Shown piece by piece: positions 1-11,649 of a DNA stretch of 64,000 bases. Within the stretch, counting starts at the first letter, position 1. Each line of letters opens with the position of its first letter. The translations under genes were made by a program, and so were the position numbers. The DNA lies in NCBI GenBank assembly GCA_028534125.1, contig CM052816.1:41976001-42040000 (forward strand). Direction: 5' to 3'. A model generated the notes under the pieces. That model was not told the origin of the DNA. It saw only the letters and a list, made by a program, of their open reading frames with translations, and ran no database searches. Source of the DNA: Lama glama (Eukaryota).

Positions 1-587
1 GTGATTATTCTTTATTATATTCTGCTTTTCCCACCTCTGTGTTTTGATAGTTAGTGGCCACTACAACAAAAATGAATTATTTTTCTACTTTTGTACACTC
101 AGGAGATTTTTTTTTTAAAGATCTGAAAGAATTACTTTTAACTATACAAGATTTAGAATTTTATGTATGTCTTTTTAATTACTCAGATTTTTAAAAAGTT
201 GTATTCTACTTGGCTAAAGATATTTGAAAGATGAATATAAAAGAGTTTATTTGGAGGATGACACTTCTCATTGAAATAGGAATAGAAGTGGGGACTAGGG
301 GTAATATTTAATCTGTCAGATGTAACACAAAAGATGATTTTCTTTGGAAATTACAATCTGACCTACAATTGCAATTCAGTTTAATAAGAATTAGTCAGAA
401 GCTTATTGTGATCTTGCGTCAGAAATGCATGAAATAAGCATTTACATTTTTTATATAAATTAATAAAGCCTTTAAATATACCCTACTCTCTGAATGGTCT
501 CTCTGAACACCTAATGTTATGAGGTACATTTATTAAAGTTCATCTTTTGATCCTGTAAAATGATGTGCATTTTATAGGAGATTTTAT

Positions 588-603
588 ACACACACACACA
601 CAC
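588..603. repeat. (AC)n microsatellite, about 8 units
   Basis: Directly visible acacacacacacacac. Confidence 0.85.
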
Positions 604-699
604 CCCTTTATATATACATAAACCCTTTTTTAGGACTTTGTCATAGTATTTCAGGCATGGTTTTTGGTGTTTACCTCTGGAGATTAAAAATAGTTATAT

Positions 700-830
700 C
701 TAAACTTAACCCCTGGAAATATTTAATGGGTTCTGGACTAGGGCCCAGAAATGTCTATTTATAAGAAGTTTTATGGGTTTCAGGAATACTGATGTCTATG
801 ATGCGATAGTCCAGATATTTTGGGAATCAT
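700..830. mobile_element. Degenerate MER5-like hAT-Charlie MITE fragment
   Basis: ggttctggactagggcccagaaatgtctattt...atactgatg resembles the MER5A core (ggtctggggtggggcccaggaatctgcatttt...gattctgatg). Confidence 0.4.
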
Positions 831-868
831 TTGATTATTACTTTTTTCAATTTATTTAGTCACTTATT

Positions 869-990
869 GTATATGTATGTGTGTATAGCTTTATATAACA
901 GTATATATGTGTGTATATATATGCACATAGCTTTATATAATGTATATAATGAAAGTTATGTATAACTTTAAGTATATATATATATATCTA
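869..990. repeat. TA/TG-rich low-complexity tract with a duplicated atagctttatataa unit
   Basis: Visible (TA)n and (TG)n runs; atagctttatataa occurs twice within about 55 bp. Confidence 0.7.
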
Positions 991-1051
991 TCTCACCTAT
1001 TATTTTCTGAGCACGACAGGAGCTAATTATAATTATGGATTGGAGGACCAT

Positions 1052-1505
1052 AGTGTTAGTTTCCTGTGGCTGCCACAACAAAGTACCACACATTTGGTGA
1101 CAAGAACAATAGAAGTGTATCATGTCACGTTTCTTGAGGCCAGAAGTCCGCAATCAAGGTGCCAGCAGGGCCATGCTCCCTTTGAAGGCTCTGTCGAGGT
1201 ATCCCTTGCTTTATCAGCTTCTGGTAGCTCCTGGCATTCCTTGGCTTGAGGCCATATACCTCTAATCTCTACCTCCATCTTTATATGGCCTTCTCCTCTG
1301 TGTCTCAGTGCTTTAAAGCCCCCTCACCTTTCTCTTGAAAGGACATTAGTCATTGGATGTAGGGCCCACCCTAAATTTAGCACGATTTTATTTTAAGATC
1401 CCTAATGATATCTTTAAAAATCTTATTTCCAAATAAGCTGCATTTGTAGGTACCCAGGTTGAGACTTGGACATATCTTTAGAGGGACACAGTTCAATCCA
1501 CTACA
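1052..1505 (-). mobile_element. MaLR solo LTR, MLT1C-like, with 5-bp TSD
   Basis: Typical MLT1 motifs (ttagtttcctgtggctgccacaacaaagtaccac; aatcaaggtgccagcagggccatgctcc; ggacacagttcaatccactaca). Length 454 bp. Perfect ACCAT duplication at 1047-1051 and 1506-1510. Confidence 0.9.
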
Positions 1506-2029
1506 ACCATATACTGCAAGTGATTATTTTCATTTTGAGGCAATTGACTTTCATCAGTCATTAGAGCAAACTTGGGTTTTTCAGATATTAAACAAAAATA
1601 GTGATTCATTCCTTTAAAAAAGTATCTGACTTACAAATAAGTGATTTGTATTTTATCCAGTTCCTACTGAATACCTTGGATTATTAACAGCATTTTTAAA
1701 TCCCTGCTTCTGCATGGACCATGCAGAATGTAGCATGTAAAATTCAGTAGATAAGGCCAGCATGTAATTTGCATGATATTGGTGCATAGAAAGCATGGAT
1801 TCCCTGTTGATACTAAGCCTGCACATAATCTTTTTCACAAATGCAGAAAAATGGAAAACACAGACATCTGTGAAAGAAATAAAAAATGGTCCTGTAAGAC
1901 ATACATTAAAAAAAAGTCATTTTTGAAGTCATTATTTTATAAACTGTTAATAGAGATGTCATTATTTCATTCCTGCTTATCCACTAACTTTAGAGATGGT
2001 ACCATGTCCTGAACATAGATAATTACAGC

Positions 2030-2445
2030 AGGGGAGAAAAACTGGGAATTTCTGGTTCAGTCAGATTATGTCTCCAAGAAATTTGAAAGTAACCTCCAGA
2101 TACAAAATCAGTTGCATGGTGTTAGGTACTGGGACTGAAAGATGTTAGAGCAGGCAGATTTAGATGACCTGGCAACACAAAGTCACTTGAAAAATATAGA
2201 AATGGGGAAGCAAAACTTGAACACTTTGCTGAGGAACCTGGATCCACAAAGGTAAATGCATCCCACAAACATTAGCACAGGAGCATGCAGGAAATTCCAT
2301 GTGATGTGGAGTGACTGCCTGAGCCCTTCAGTTCCTGTAAGATTCCACATAACCTCCTACCCTTAGGGCCTTGAGACTTCTGTAGATTTTAATCCCAAAT
2401 TTGACTTGAGTTGGTTTCTGTTCAGCCGCCAAACTATTCCTAAGA
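2030..2445 (+). mobile_element. Old MLT1 (J/K/L-like) LTR remnant
   Basis: The 3' end ttgagttggtttctgttcagccgccaaactattcctaa resembles the ancient MLT1 terminus. The 5' boundary is uncertain. Confidence 0.35.
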
Positions 2446-2824
2446 TCAAGTTTGACACCCAAAGTTCATACTCCTAGAAGTCCAAAATAGCTGAAAATGC
2501 ATTTAGAATTGGAAAAAAAAATAAACATGGATTTACTACCTTGACATGACTGCAGTTAACTTGAATAGTGAATATAGTTACCAATAGTTAAGTTCCGTCT
2601 TGCTGTATTAAGAGATACAAATTTTATAGAGAGTGTACAGTTGAAAGCAAATGGATGCCTACATTTAGGATGAAGTGTTTGAAAACAGCTTATCTACCAG
2701 GAAGCTGAACACTTCCTCTGCACATGTTTATACTACATGGTTGCTTATCAAAAATTGTTTTGCAAATAGCTAAAATGTAAATTTCTATTTCATGTATGTC
2801 AAATAATCATAGCTCCTTACTTTT

Positions 2825-2825
<1 letters not shown>

Positions 2826-2864
<39 letters not shown>
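2826..2864. repeat. (AAT)n microsatellite, about 13 units
   Basis: Directly visible; abuts the 3' tail of the minus-strand MIR. Confidence 0.95.
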
Positions 2865-2879
2865 GTGACATAGCAAAAA

Positions 2880-3110
2880 TATAGTAGTAAGTATCATTTA
2901 TTATTGAGATCTTACTAAGTACCAGGTCCTGAAAATACACCCTGTCAGTAATACTCAAAAGAATTCTCTAATAGGTACTCTTACTGCCCACATTTACCAG
3001 GTGAAGAAACTGAGCTTAGGAGATTTAAAATACTAACCCATAGATATAAAACTAAAATTTGACACAGCTGCGATATCACCCTTGGACTGTGATTGCAAAT
3101 TCCATCTTGT
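2880..3110 (-). mobile_element. MIR SINE
   Basis: Core cccacatttaccaggtgaagaaactgagcttaggagatttaa matches the reverse MIR core (cccattttacagatgaggaaactgaggc). Confidence 0.8.
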
Positions 3111-3479
3111 ACTGCCTCGCTAAATATCACTTGAGTTTTCATAAAAATTCACATCAAACTTTTCTGTGATTTTATTGAAATTATATTCAGAAGAAAATGA
3201 AGAAAGCATTCAACTAGCTTCATGAGACGAATATTCAGAGTAAGTCTGGAAACATAGAAATAGAAGAGAGTTTAGAAAATATCAGCTCCCACAGCATCCC
3301 TCCTTTAAGATACTAAGCAAATGAACAGATGGTATGAATAAAACTGAAATTTTGATTTTTAATAATGATGTGTATTGTTTCTTTAGAAATGAGAAAATCA
3401 CCATTAGTTTAAATTGGATGGTGTCATAAACTGAAAGCTTCTCTAATAAGAATATGGGGCCTGCTAGAAGGAAAAAGAA

Positions 3480-3635
3480 GCAGAGTTCTTGTCCCAGATT
3501 TACCGTGTATGACCTTGAACATACCTAATAATTTCAGTAGGTCTCAGTTCTTTGAGTATAAAACAGGGCAAATTAATTTTACTAACCTTGCCTAGGTTTT
3601 GTGAAGATTAATGAGTTAATCAAGTCCAGAGTACA
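3480..3635 (+). mobile_element. MIR SINE fragment
   Basis: gtgtatgaccttgaac...ggtctcagtt...ttttgtgaagattaatgagttaat follows the MIR consensus order. Confidence 0.65.
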
Positions 3636-3869
3636 TTCTGTTATTCTTTAATGACAAAAATATGAAAAAATGCTCCATACAATATTGAGACCAAGAAAGA
3701 AGGCTGTGTTTTTATCATGCATGCTATCTGATGGGCTGCCATAGGGGTTAGGATTAAGTTCTTTTCTTTTTAATATTACTGATAGGAGTAAACTCCTCAT
3801 AATTACAAAGGCCTGTGAAAGTGTCTGTGAGGTGGATGAAAGGGAGTGTGCCACTCAGAGTAACAACTG

Positions 3870-3990
3870 TCTTTGCAGTTCAGGTGTCCAGGTCCTAATC
3901 CTGGCTCTGCCACTAACTAGCAGCTAACACACAGCAAGTTCCTTTCTGAGCCTTGGATGCCATAGCGGTAGAATGAGAACAATAAAGTAT
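3870..3990 (+). mobile_element. MIR SINE fragment
   Basis: taatcctggctctgccactaactagc...ctttctgagcctt matches the MIR head and core. Confidence 0.7.
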
Positions 3991-4009
3991 ATCTTTGATG
4001 GCATTTATG

Positions 4010-4790
4010 CTGGTTTATTTAGCACACATTCATTATCTACCATATATGAGGTGCTGCTTTGGATGCAAAGGACACAGAGAAAGAGAAGAAATTCTTACCT
4101 TAATAAAGCTTACGTTGTGAAAGAAAGACAATAAATAAAGGGAAAGTAAACAAGCAATAAGTTTTCAGAAATAAACTACAAGGGAAATAAAACAAGGTAA
4201 GGGGGTAGGAGAATGATGTGAGGGAGAGAGTATAACTTACATATGGTCGGGGTGGTCTGAATAATACAAAGAAATAGGCCATACGAGGGAATGGAGGATA
4301 CCAGACAGAGGGAACAATATAGAAGTCTCTGAGGCAGGCAGGAGGTTGGCATGTTTGTGGAAAAGCAAGAAGGCTAGTGTGATTGGAGCAGAGTGTGCAA
4401 GAGGGATGTTTCGGGAGATGAGGGGAGAGTGGCGGCTAAGAGCCATGTTAGGTAGGGCCTCCTGCTCCTGGTGAAGAGTTTCCATTTTTATTCCGCGTGT
4501 TGTGAGAATTGATTGGAAAGTTTTAAGAAGTTTTATAAAAATTTTTCTGGTTGCTAGGTTGCGAATGAGAGTAAGGATGAAAACAGAGTAACTACTGTGT
4601 TGATCCAGATGATAAGATCATGGATAGCACTGGGGGAACAGTTAGTGGCAGTAGTTGTGAAACTCGGAGTGTATTCTGAAGTTTGAGTAGATAGTTTGTT
4701 TTGATGGGTTAAGGGGAGGAGTAAGAGAAAAAGAGGAATCTCAGATGGTGCCTAGGCTAGGTATTGGTCCTGAGCCTAGGAGGTAATGAC
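4010..4790 (-). mobile_element. L2 LINE 3' region
   Basis: Purine-rich L2 antisense signature (ccagacagagggaacaat...gaggcaggcaggaggttggcatgttt...aaggctagtgtgattggagcagagtg). Confidence 0.8.
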
Positions 4791-5809
4791 AGCTTAAGAA
4801 AAATACATGCAAAAGTTAAAAAATAAAAAAACAAAAACATGCAGAGTTCTTTATATAATAAATAAATACTGACATTATGTGGTGGATAACAATTATAACT
4901 TTTGGTTCCCAGCTTGGCTTTTTACTTCTTATTTAAGAATATAGAATTATTAAACATTTTGGAGTGGGTAGCATAGGTGTGATACTTTGGATTATCAAAA
5001 ATATATATACTTTTTTATTAATTAGGTATGTAGTACTGAAAGCATTTCCATTTTTTTTGTAGACTATTTCTAAAAGGCAAGATATCTGTTAAATTTTTGT
5101 GTTTCAGTCAAGGACCCATAGTCTTTGCTCAGGATCCATTTTACCAATGGAAGTGATTCTGGTAAATGGAAATGGAAGTTCAGTATATGCATAAGATATA
5201 AAAATGATTTTGCTCATATCTGCTGCACATGTATTTCAGTTTTCATTAAACTGAGGGTGTATTTCTTATTCTTTTCACTTATAACAATCAAAAAATGTGA
5301 GCAAAAATGAATTTTAATGTATTCTATTGGTGGCCCTGATTCAGCCTAAACTAAGGACTGGTATCTGTTTACATAAATAATTTATGTGAAGAATATGAGA
5401 TAGACCTATGAGGAGAATATTTTCTGAACATATTGTTTGAGACAAATAAAATGTGGGGTGGAGGACAGACTAGAAGTGGAAGGAAGAGTGTGTAGTCCCA
5501 ACCTAAACTCAGATACTTGTTCTGACGGTGCCAGGAAGAGAGGCATTTTCTGCTTTTCTCTCAAAGGCAGTGTAACTCTGTTCAGTGAGGAATGAAGAAA
5601 ATATAGTACAATCTTGTCACCCCTAACCTTCATGATTTTGCACTGGGTAAACATAGGGAAAATATTCCCTAAAAAGAGTAGCGATGTTCTTGGGTTGTCC
5701 ATAGTGAACATGAAGACCATGGGTAAGGTACAAGAGAAGATAAACCCTGTCAGGAAGTAAATAGCAGCAGTGGGATAGAATACCATTCAGGCATTAGTAT
5801 CATGTAAAG

Positions 5810-6820
5810 TAGTTATTTAGTGTCTATCATGTACCAGACAATAAACTAGGGACAGGAGATAAACCAATGAATATGGCGTATTAAATAAATATCTGCTGTC
5901 AAAGAGTTCACGTCTTCAGAAGGGAAGGGGAGAAGGAATAAACATGAATAAATATGTACATACAATATACATATTAAATACTATGATCGAGAAGTAGAGT
6001 GTGTTCTGTGAGAACATAAAAGGGGAAAATATCTAGACTTAGGAGGTCAAGGATGGCTTGTGGAAGTTCTATTGTCAGATATCTGGAGGTTGAATATGAT
6101 TTTCCTGAGGAAAGGGGAGAGTATTCCAGATAAAGAGAACATCTTATACAAGAACAATTTCTGGTAGAAGTTGAGTAGAGACTTTAAGAAAATAAAAGTT
6201 GGGCTGGAAAGTTATAGTGTAATGGGTATAAGTGGTTAAACATAAGAACAGAGATGCAGTCGGGTGCTGGATCATAAAACTGTACAAACCTAATAAGAGA
6301 TTGTTGTTATTCGAAGGGAAGTTAGAAGCCATTGAATGACTTTATTGCAGATGGATGATTTGGTTAGATTTGTCCTTTACAAAGACAATGCTGAATGAAG
6401 TCTTGAGAATGTTTTGGGAAAAGGTTGGGGCAAGAAACCAGGATGCAGGCTATTTTAATAATAGCAATATGATGATCAGTAATAACTCATGTCATGGGAA
6501 GAGTCTCATTGAGTCTGGACAACTCAACACTATGGCCTTGAGATGCTGGGAGCCATGGCTGCCACCATCAGTGCTGGATGAATTCTAAACCATCTCCTGC
6601 TTCTTTGGGCCATTCATTCCAGATTCTGAGGCCCTTGGTTTCTGCCCATTTCTAAGGCCTATTTCTTCAGCTTTCCTGTTGACAATGATACAGATTGGGA
6701 TGAAGAGCAAAGAATGGATATGAAAAATGGCAAGTAAAAGCATGACTTGGTAATTGGATGTTAAGGATGAAGGAAAGAGAGAATCAAAGGGAAAGACTCG
6801 GGCTTGTCATGGACAACTTC
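5810..6820 (-). mobile_element. L2 LINE remnant, interrupted at about 6490-6690
   Basis: Starts with the L2 tail (ttatttagtgtctatcatgtaccagaca); continues ggaggtcaaggatggctt...gtattccagataaagagaaca...gaagccattgaatgactttt. Confidence 0.7.
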
Positions 6821-7120
6821 ATGATTTTAGAATATTTCAGTGTGCTAAGTATTGGGATTATAGTTGAACTTCATCATTTTTGTTTACCCACCATCTTCAT
6901 ACCAATTAGAGGAAAACTCTAAGATGGAAAGGAAGTAGGGGAGCAGATAATTTTTTCTCCAACCTGATTGTCATCTAGAGTCCAAGTGTATGAGCTGAAC
7001 TCTACCAACTGTATGCTTCCACCCATGCCTCTGAATCTGGAATTCGGGATTATCTGACAGTGTCAGATCCTGGAAGAAATGAGATACACAAGAACCAAAA
7101 CATGACTTTTGCTTTTAGAA

Positions 7121-7295
7121 CAGATTTTCTCAACCTACACACCTTTTGAATTGCATAATCCTTTGTTTTGAGAGTTGCTGTCTTGTATTTAGTATGTTTA
7201 GCAGCATCCCTGCCAGTAGCATCCCTCAGTTGTGACAACTGAAATGTCTTCAGACATTGCCAAATGTCCCATGGGGATGGTAAAGTCATCCCTGG
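7121..7295 (-). mobile_element. MER20 hAT-Charlie DNA transposon
   Basis: tttagcagcatccctg...cagttgtgacaactgaaatgtcttcagacattgccaaatgtccc is diagnostic for MER20. Confidence 0.9.
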
Positions 7296-7580
7296 ATATT
7301 TGTGAGCTTGGCGAGAGTGGTTCAGTGAAGTGACTGAGATGGGAGCTGGACAGCAGTGCCCTGAGGGGGAAGGTGGAGCAGAGGACAGCCTGATGGTACT
7401 GCAGATTGCCCTTCCAAACTGTTTTGCTGAAAAGTGGAGCTGAGGTGTACACTGGTAGCTCTAAGGCAGAAACATGAGCATACATAAATGCTAATGAGAA
7501 GCCAGCTGAGAAGGAGAAGGATGCAGGAGAGAGGATAATGACTACAATATCCCTGAAAGGATGGGAGATGCCATTCACTC
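7296..7580 (-). mobile_element. L2 LINE internal fragment
   Basis: gttttgctgaaaagtggagc...ggtagct...atgctaatgagaagccagctgagaaggagaa resembles L2a antisense sequence; this explains the overlapping ORFs at 7198-7582. Confidence 0.6.
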
Positions 7581-8329
7581 ATAAATGTTACTCAACTCAG
7601 GTCTAAGAACTGCTACTGGTTCAATGATTTTTTTATTGATTTTTGATGCAGATGTAAGAAATTGAGGTTAAACATTTAGAAACCTTTATAGTAGTTTGAC
7701 AGAATAGTTTTATGTTAGTTGGATCTAATGATGAAAAATTTGGCTTTCATTTCATACCTGTTTTATTTTTCTAGTTATTGATTTTTGTTGAATATTAAAA
7801 AATATAGGCTCATGATGGATTGGCAATAAGAAAAATCTAATTGTTTAAAGATAATTTGAGAAACCCTACTGTAGAGCACAGGTAGAGTAATTAGACAAAT
7901 ACTGCAATCTAAGTCAGGAGAAGGAGGAAAGGAGGAAAGAATGGTACAAGAAAGTATTATTGGCTTTTAATTACTCTGCAAAGTAGTCCATAGCTGCTGA
8001 AAGTGATGTAGGAAGTGGCTGAATCGATGATCTGGGGGAGTGGAGTTTGGAAAAAATACCGTTGGAGTACAGGAGAGCACCGTGACCAGAGGGCATGGAA
8101 AATCTGCCAGGTTATTGAGGGCTCACTGGAGTCCATATCAATGTATTTACAGTGCTGCTGATTAAGATTCTCAGGAAGACTTCCAGAAATAGTTAGAAGA
8201 AATATTGCAGGGGGTAATTTCATGTGTGAGCAGGTGGGGAATAACAGAACAATAAAACTGGTGAATAAATGCTAACTTAACATTGGCTCATAACAGGCTA
8301 GTAAGGAAGGAAAAAAGTTCTTAAAGACT

Positions 8330-8550
8330 ATTTTAACATGCTTATTTAAGTATATTACATGCCAAGATCAGGGGTAGGTGCTCAAAAGTTTTATTTTATG
8401 AAGCCTTGTGAAATAGGCATTTTAGACACTTACAATGCATGCAAAAATCAAGGTTAGAGAGATTAAGCATCCTTTCAGTCATGCAGCAAACTAGAAGTAA
8501 TACTAGTAAAACAGATTCCAGATTTCTGACTCCCTATTTTGAACTCTGTT
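8330..8550 (-). mobile_element. MIR SINE
   Basis: ccttgtgaaatagg...aaggttagagagattaagc...ccagatttctgactcc. Confidence 0.6.
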
Positions 8551-8799
8551 TTAACTGTATAAAATGTTTTAAAAAGATAGAAAATTTCCACATACTGTGA
8601 CAAAATAAAGGCACATGTTCTTTATAACAAAAGAGAGATTCTGGACAGTCTGTAAGTTTTCTCAAAATTATTTTTTCAAGTTTCTAATTTTTACTTTGTG
8701 TTTCAAAACCAAGACACCTGGGAATCAACTATAGGGTATAACATCCATTGTCTTCTAAGAATGCCACTTTACCATAGATTTGGCTGCCATTTGTCTCTG

Positions 8800-8900
8800 A
8801 CAGTAATAATAACCCCTCACATTTGTATGCTGCTTCACGGTTTTGTAAGTACTTTCATGTACATTTTCTTATATGAGCCTCGGCACAGCCAGTGAATATA
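8800..8900 (-). mobile_element. MIR3/MIRc tail fragment
   Basis: aataataacccctcacatttgtatgctgcttcacggttttgtaagtactttcatgtacatt. Confidence 0.55.
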
Positions 8901-10784
8901 TTTACTGATGCTTTGTTTCATTCATGACAGTCATACACATTTTCCTTATCTGTATGGTTGGTTAGTGATGAAAGCTTTAATCAGATAAAGAACAATATGA
9001 AGCAAAGAAAAAGTAAAGTGTTATTTATAATCTGAATTGCTTGATTTCCTTCTTTTATTTGGTTAAATCATCAAAAATATCTTAAACCTTTCTAGGAATT
9101 AGCATTATTTATATATGTATTCTTTACATCTAGTCAGCACTCCAGATTATTTACAGGGTACTGAATGAATGAATATTTAAAAACTGAAAGCCTTTTTTTA
9201 AGGTATTATTTGTAAATTTGAAACATTAATTAATAAGATTTTGAAAAATCTAAGAAAAAGATATTTTAGAGTTTTGTTTCTCATTCATTATGTAGGAAAC
9301 CCATGTTTATCCAAAATTTTAAAATAATATGGTATTACTATTAATTAAAATGTTGCTTGTCAAGATTAATTACAGTATACAATGATCTCTATTTTGCATT
9401 AAAAAAGAATGTGATAATATAACTAAGTCATTGTAAATATAATTTATTCTTCCTTTAAAATTCAGAAAAAAATTGTATCTTGAATAATAACTAACAGCAA
9501 TTTAAAATAAAGCTGGTTGAATTCTCAGACTATTTACACATTCATTTTTGTATAAAGATTAACTTTTTAGTTTTTCTCCCCCTTTTTTAGTTCAAGTTAC
9601 TAACAATAAATAGAAAAATTGCAAAATGGACTGAAAAATCAATCTCAATGTTCTCTTCATTTATTTACTATTGTATGATCTCACAGTATTTTTATGAAAT
9701 TCAAAACATGAAAAAATGCCTAACCAGTGGAGAGATGTTGATTTATTATCAATATATCCCTTTCAACTTTGTGACCATGATATTGTTGAATATACTCTTA
9801 AACTGCATTAGGAAGTTGCATTCTCTGTATAGAATGATACTAATGAACATTATTTAAAAGAAACAATTGTCTACCCGTTCTAAATTAATTAATCCTTAAT
9901 TATTAAATTATTTAGATGTCTATCAAAATTTTATTTCCAAAATATTACATCATAGAATTAGTTCTTGTGAACTAGAGGTAGGTCATAAAAATGTTAAAAC
10001 AATTCAACACCTTTGGGAAACAATTGTTTATAACCATTATGTTTCATTGGGTTAATAGAATGTATACAGAATGTATACAGCTTAATATCAGAATTTGGTA
10101 GAATAGAGATCACAGATGTCATCAGACATGAAAAATGCCTATAATGTAAATAACCAAGTAACAAATTATGTCATAAATTGTCTCAAAATACTCTGAATTC
10201 TGTTTTCCTATCCAGATTTGTATTTATCATAGAAAATTATAATTTGAATTAAAAAAAAATACATGTTTAATTTCAGTTGTACTCACTGTTTATAATGAGA
10301 CATCTCTCTGCATACTTTTAAATTTACATAAGTTAATTTTAGATGAATTAGATAAGACTGTGAACTTATAATTATTTTAAATTTTTATCTTTCTTTTGAA
10401 AATGAATCATTCTTGAATTCATTTAAAAATTTAAAAAAACTCATTCTCTGTCTTCGGACAAATTGGCCAAACTTGATGTACACAAATAGACATTGCATAA
10501 AGAGTCAACTGCATAAAGAGTGGTAAAGTAGACTTTATGAAAGATGGAAAGGTTTTAAAGTATAAGATAAAACTATTGTTGCTTTGTGGATAATGTATAT
10601 AAAATATAGCATTGTGGATATTTGGGGAATATACAGATGAGAAAAATTACCTACCACCTTCTGTTCTTATTCCATTAATGGTAAAGAAATAGTCTTAAAC
10701 TTTTTTTAAAATTATGAATCCTCCTTTAAACATCTGGTTAATGTCAAAATTTAAACAATGCAACAGTTATTTGGGGGGCAAAAT

Positions 10785-11048
10785 TGATTCCATTGCTGTT
10801 CTGTTGCTTCTTGTTCCAGCTGTAAAAGAGCAGATGTTTGACTCATTTATGAATTACTTTAATAGTTTTCATTAGGCCTTTATCTGTAGTTTGTCAGTGT
10901 GGTTCGACAGATGTATTAAACCATCTGTTCTTTGGACCTGTGCTTCATGTGATTTACAGGAGTGTATTAATTTTGTTGGATCAGTCATTAATTCAATCAG
11001 AAGTTTGTTTGCCCTTGGGGTGTTCCAAAAAAGACAGACGCCATCAGT
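10785..11048. promoter_or_regulatory. Candidate enhancer / conserved non-coding element
   Basis: Unique sequence dense in motifs: CAGCTG 10817, CAGATG 10831, TGACTCA 10839, CAGATG-N8-CATCTG 10908-10927, TGATTTAC 10950 and several TAAT cores. Conservation not tested. Confidence 0.45.
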
Positions 11049-11069
11049 AAAAAAAAAAAAAAAAAAAAA
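11049..11069. repeat. Poly(A)21 tract
   Basis: Directly visible; no upstream SINE or L1 body recognised. Confidence 0.9.
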
Positions 11070-11649
11070 CCAATCTCTTGATAAATATTTTTTAGAATAA
11101 ATATTCCTATTTAAATAAACTTTCCTATTTATTTTAAAGTCACAGGTTTTGTAAATCTGTGTTTTTGTTTTCTAGACTTTAAAATTAATTTTTTTCCCAG
11201 GTCTTCCATGAGCAATACTCAGAAACATCCATAGACAATATTTTTAAAAATTTGCTTTTTGGGTCAAAAGAATAATATAACTTGGCATCTGTGTTATCAC
11301 TTTCATTACTGAAATGACACATTGCGAAACTTTATGGAACACTATGGATTTCTGACTGGAAAAATTTAAATGTATAAGATGTGATATTTATCATAAAGGC
11401 AGTTCTCTCAAGATCTCAGTTCCATAGCCTAGTAAAGGAGTTATCATCAGAAACAGCATCAGTCCCCTCAGCAACTGGGTGGCTGCCCAAAACTGGGTGA
11501 AATTAATTCCATCCTTCAGAAATTAAGTTCTGACAGTGTTTGAGAATAACCTTAGGTTAGGCCTTTTCCTTGCGTAACCCAGATATTTCAGTGTTCTCCA
11601 TTTTCTAAGGCCATTCTTAGCTTTAACATTCTAAGATGATTCCTTGAAT

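Noticed and set aside
3191..3239. Plus-strand exon between attcAG and GTAAGT
   Set aside because: 49 nt, poor pyrimidine tract, stops in all three frames.
6490..6690. GC-richer insert within L2 as an exon
   Set aside because: No splice-site pair; it looks like an old LTR fragment that I cannot assign.
11049..11069. Poly(A) as the tail of a processed pseudogene covering 10785-11048
   Set aside because: No AATAAA just upstream, no TSD found and no credible ORF.
11201..11275. Terminal coding exon after a strong acceptor (VFHEQYSETSIDNIFKNLLFGSKE*)
   Set aside because: The peptide is unrecognised, and such acceptors are common on a T-rich strand.
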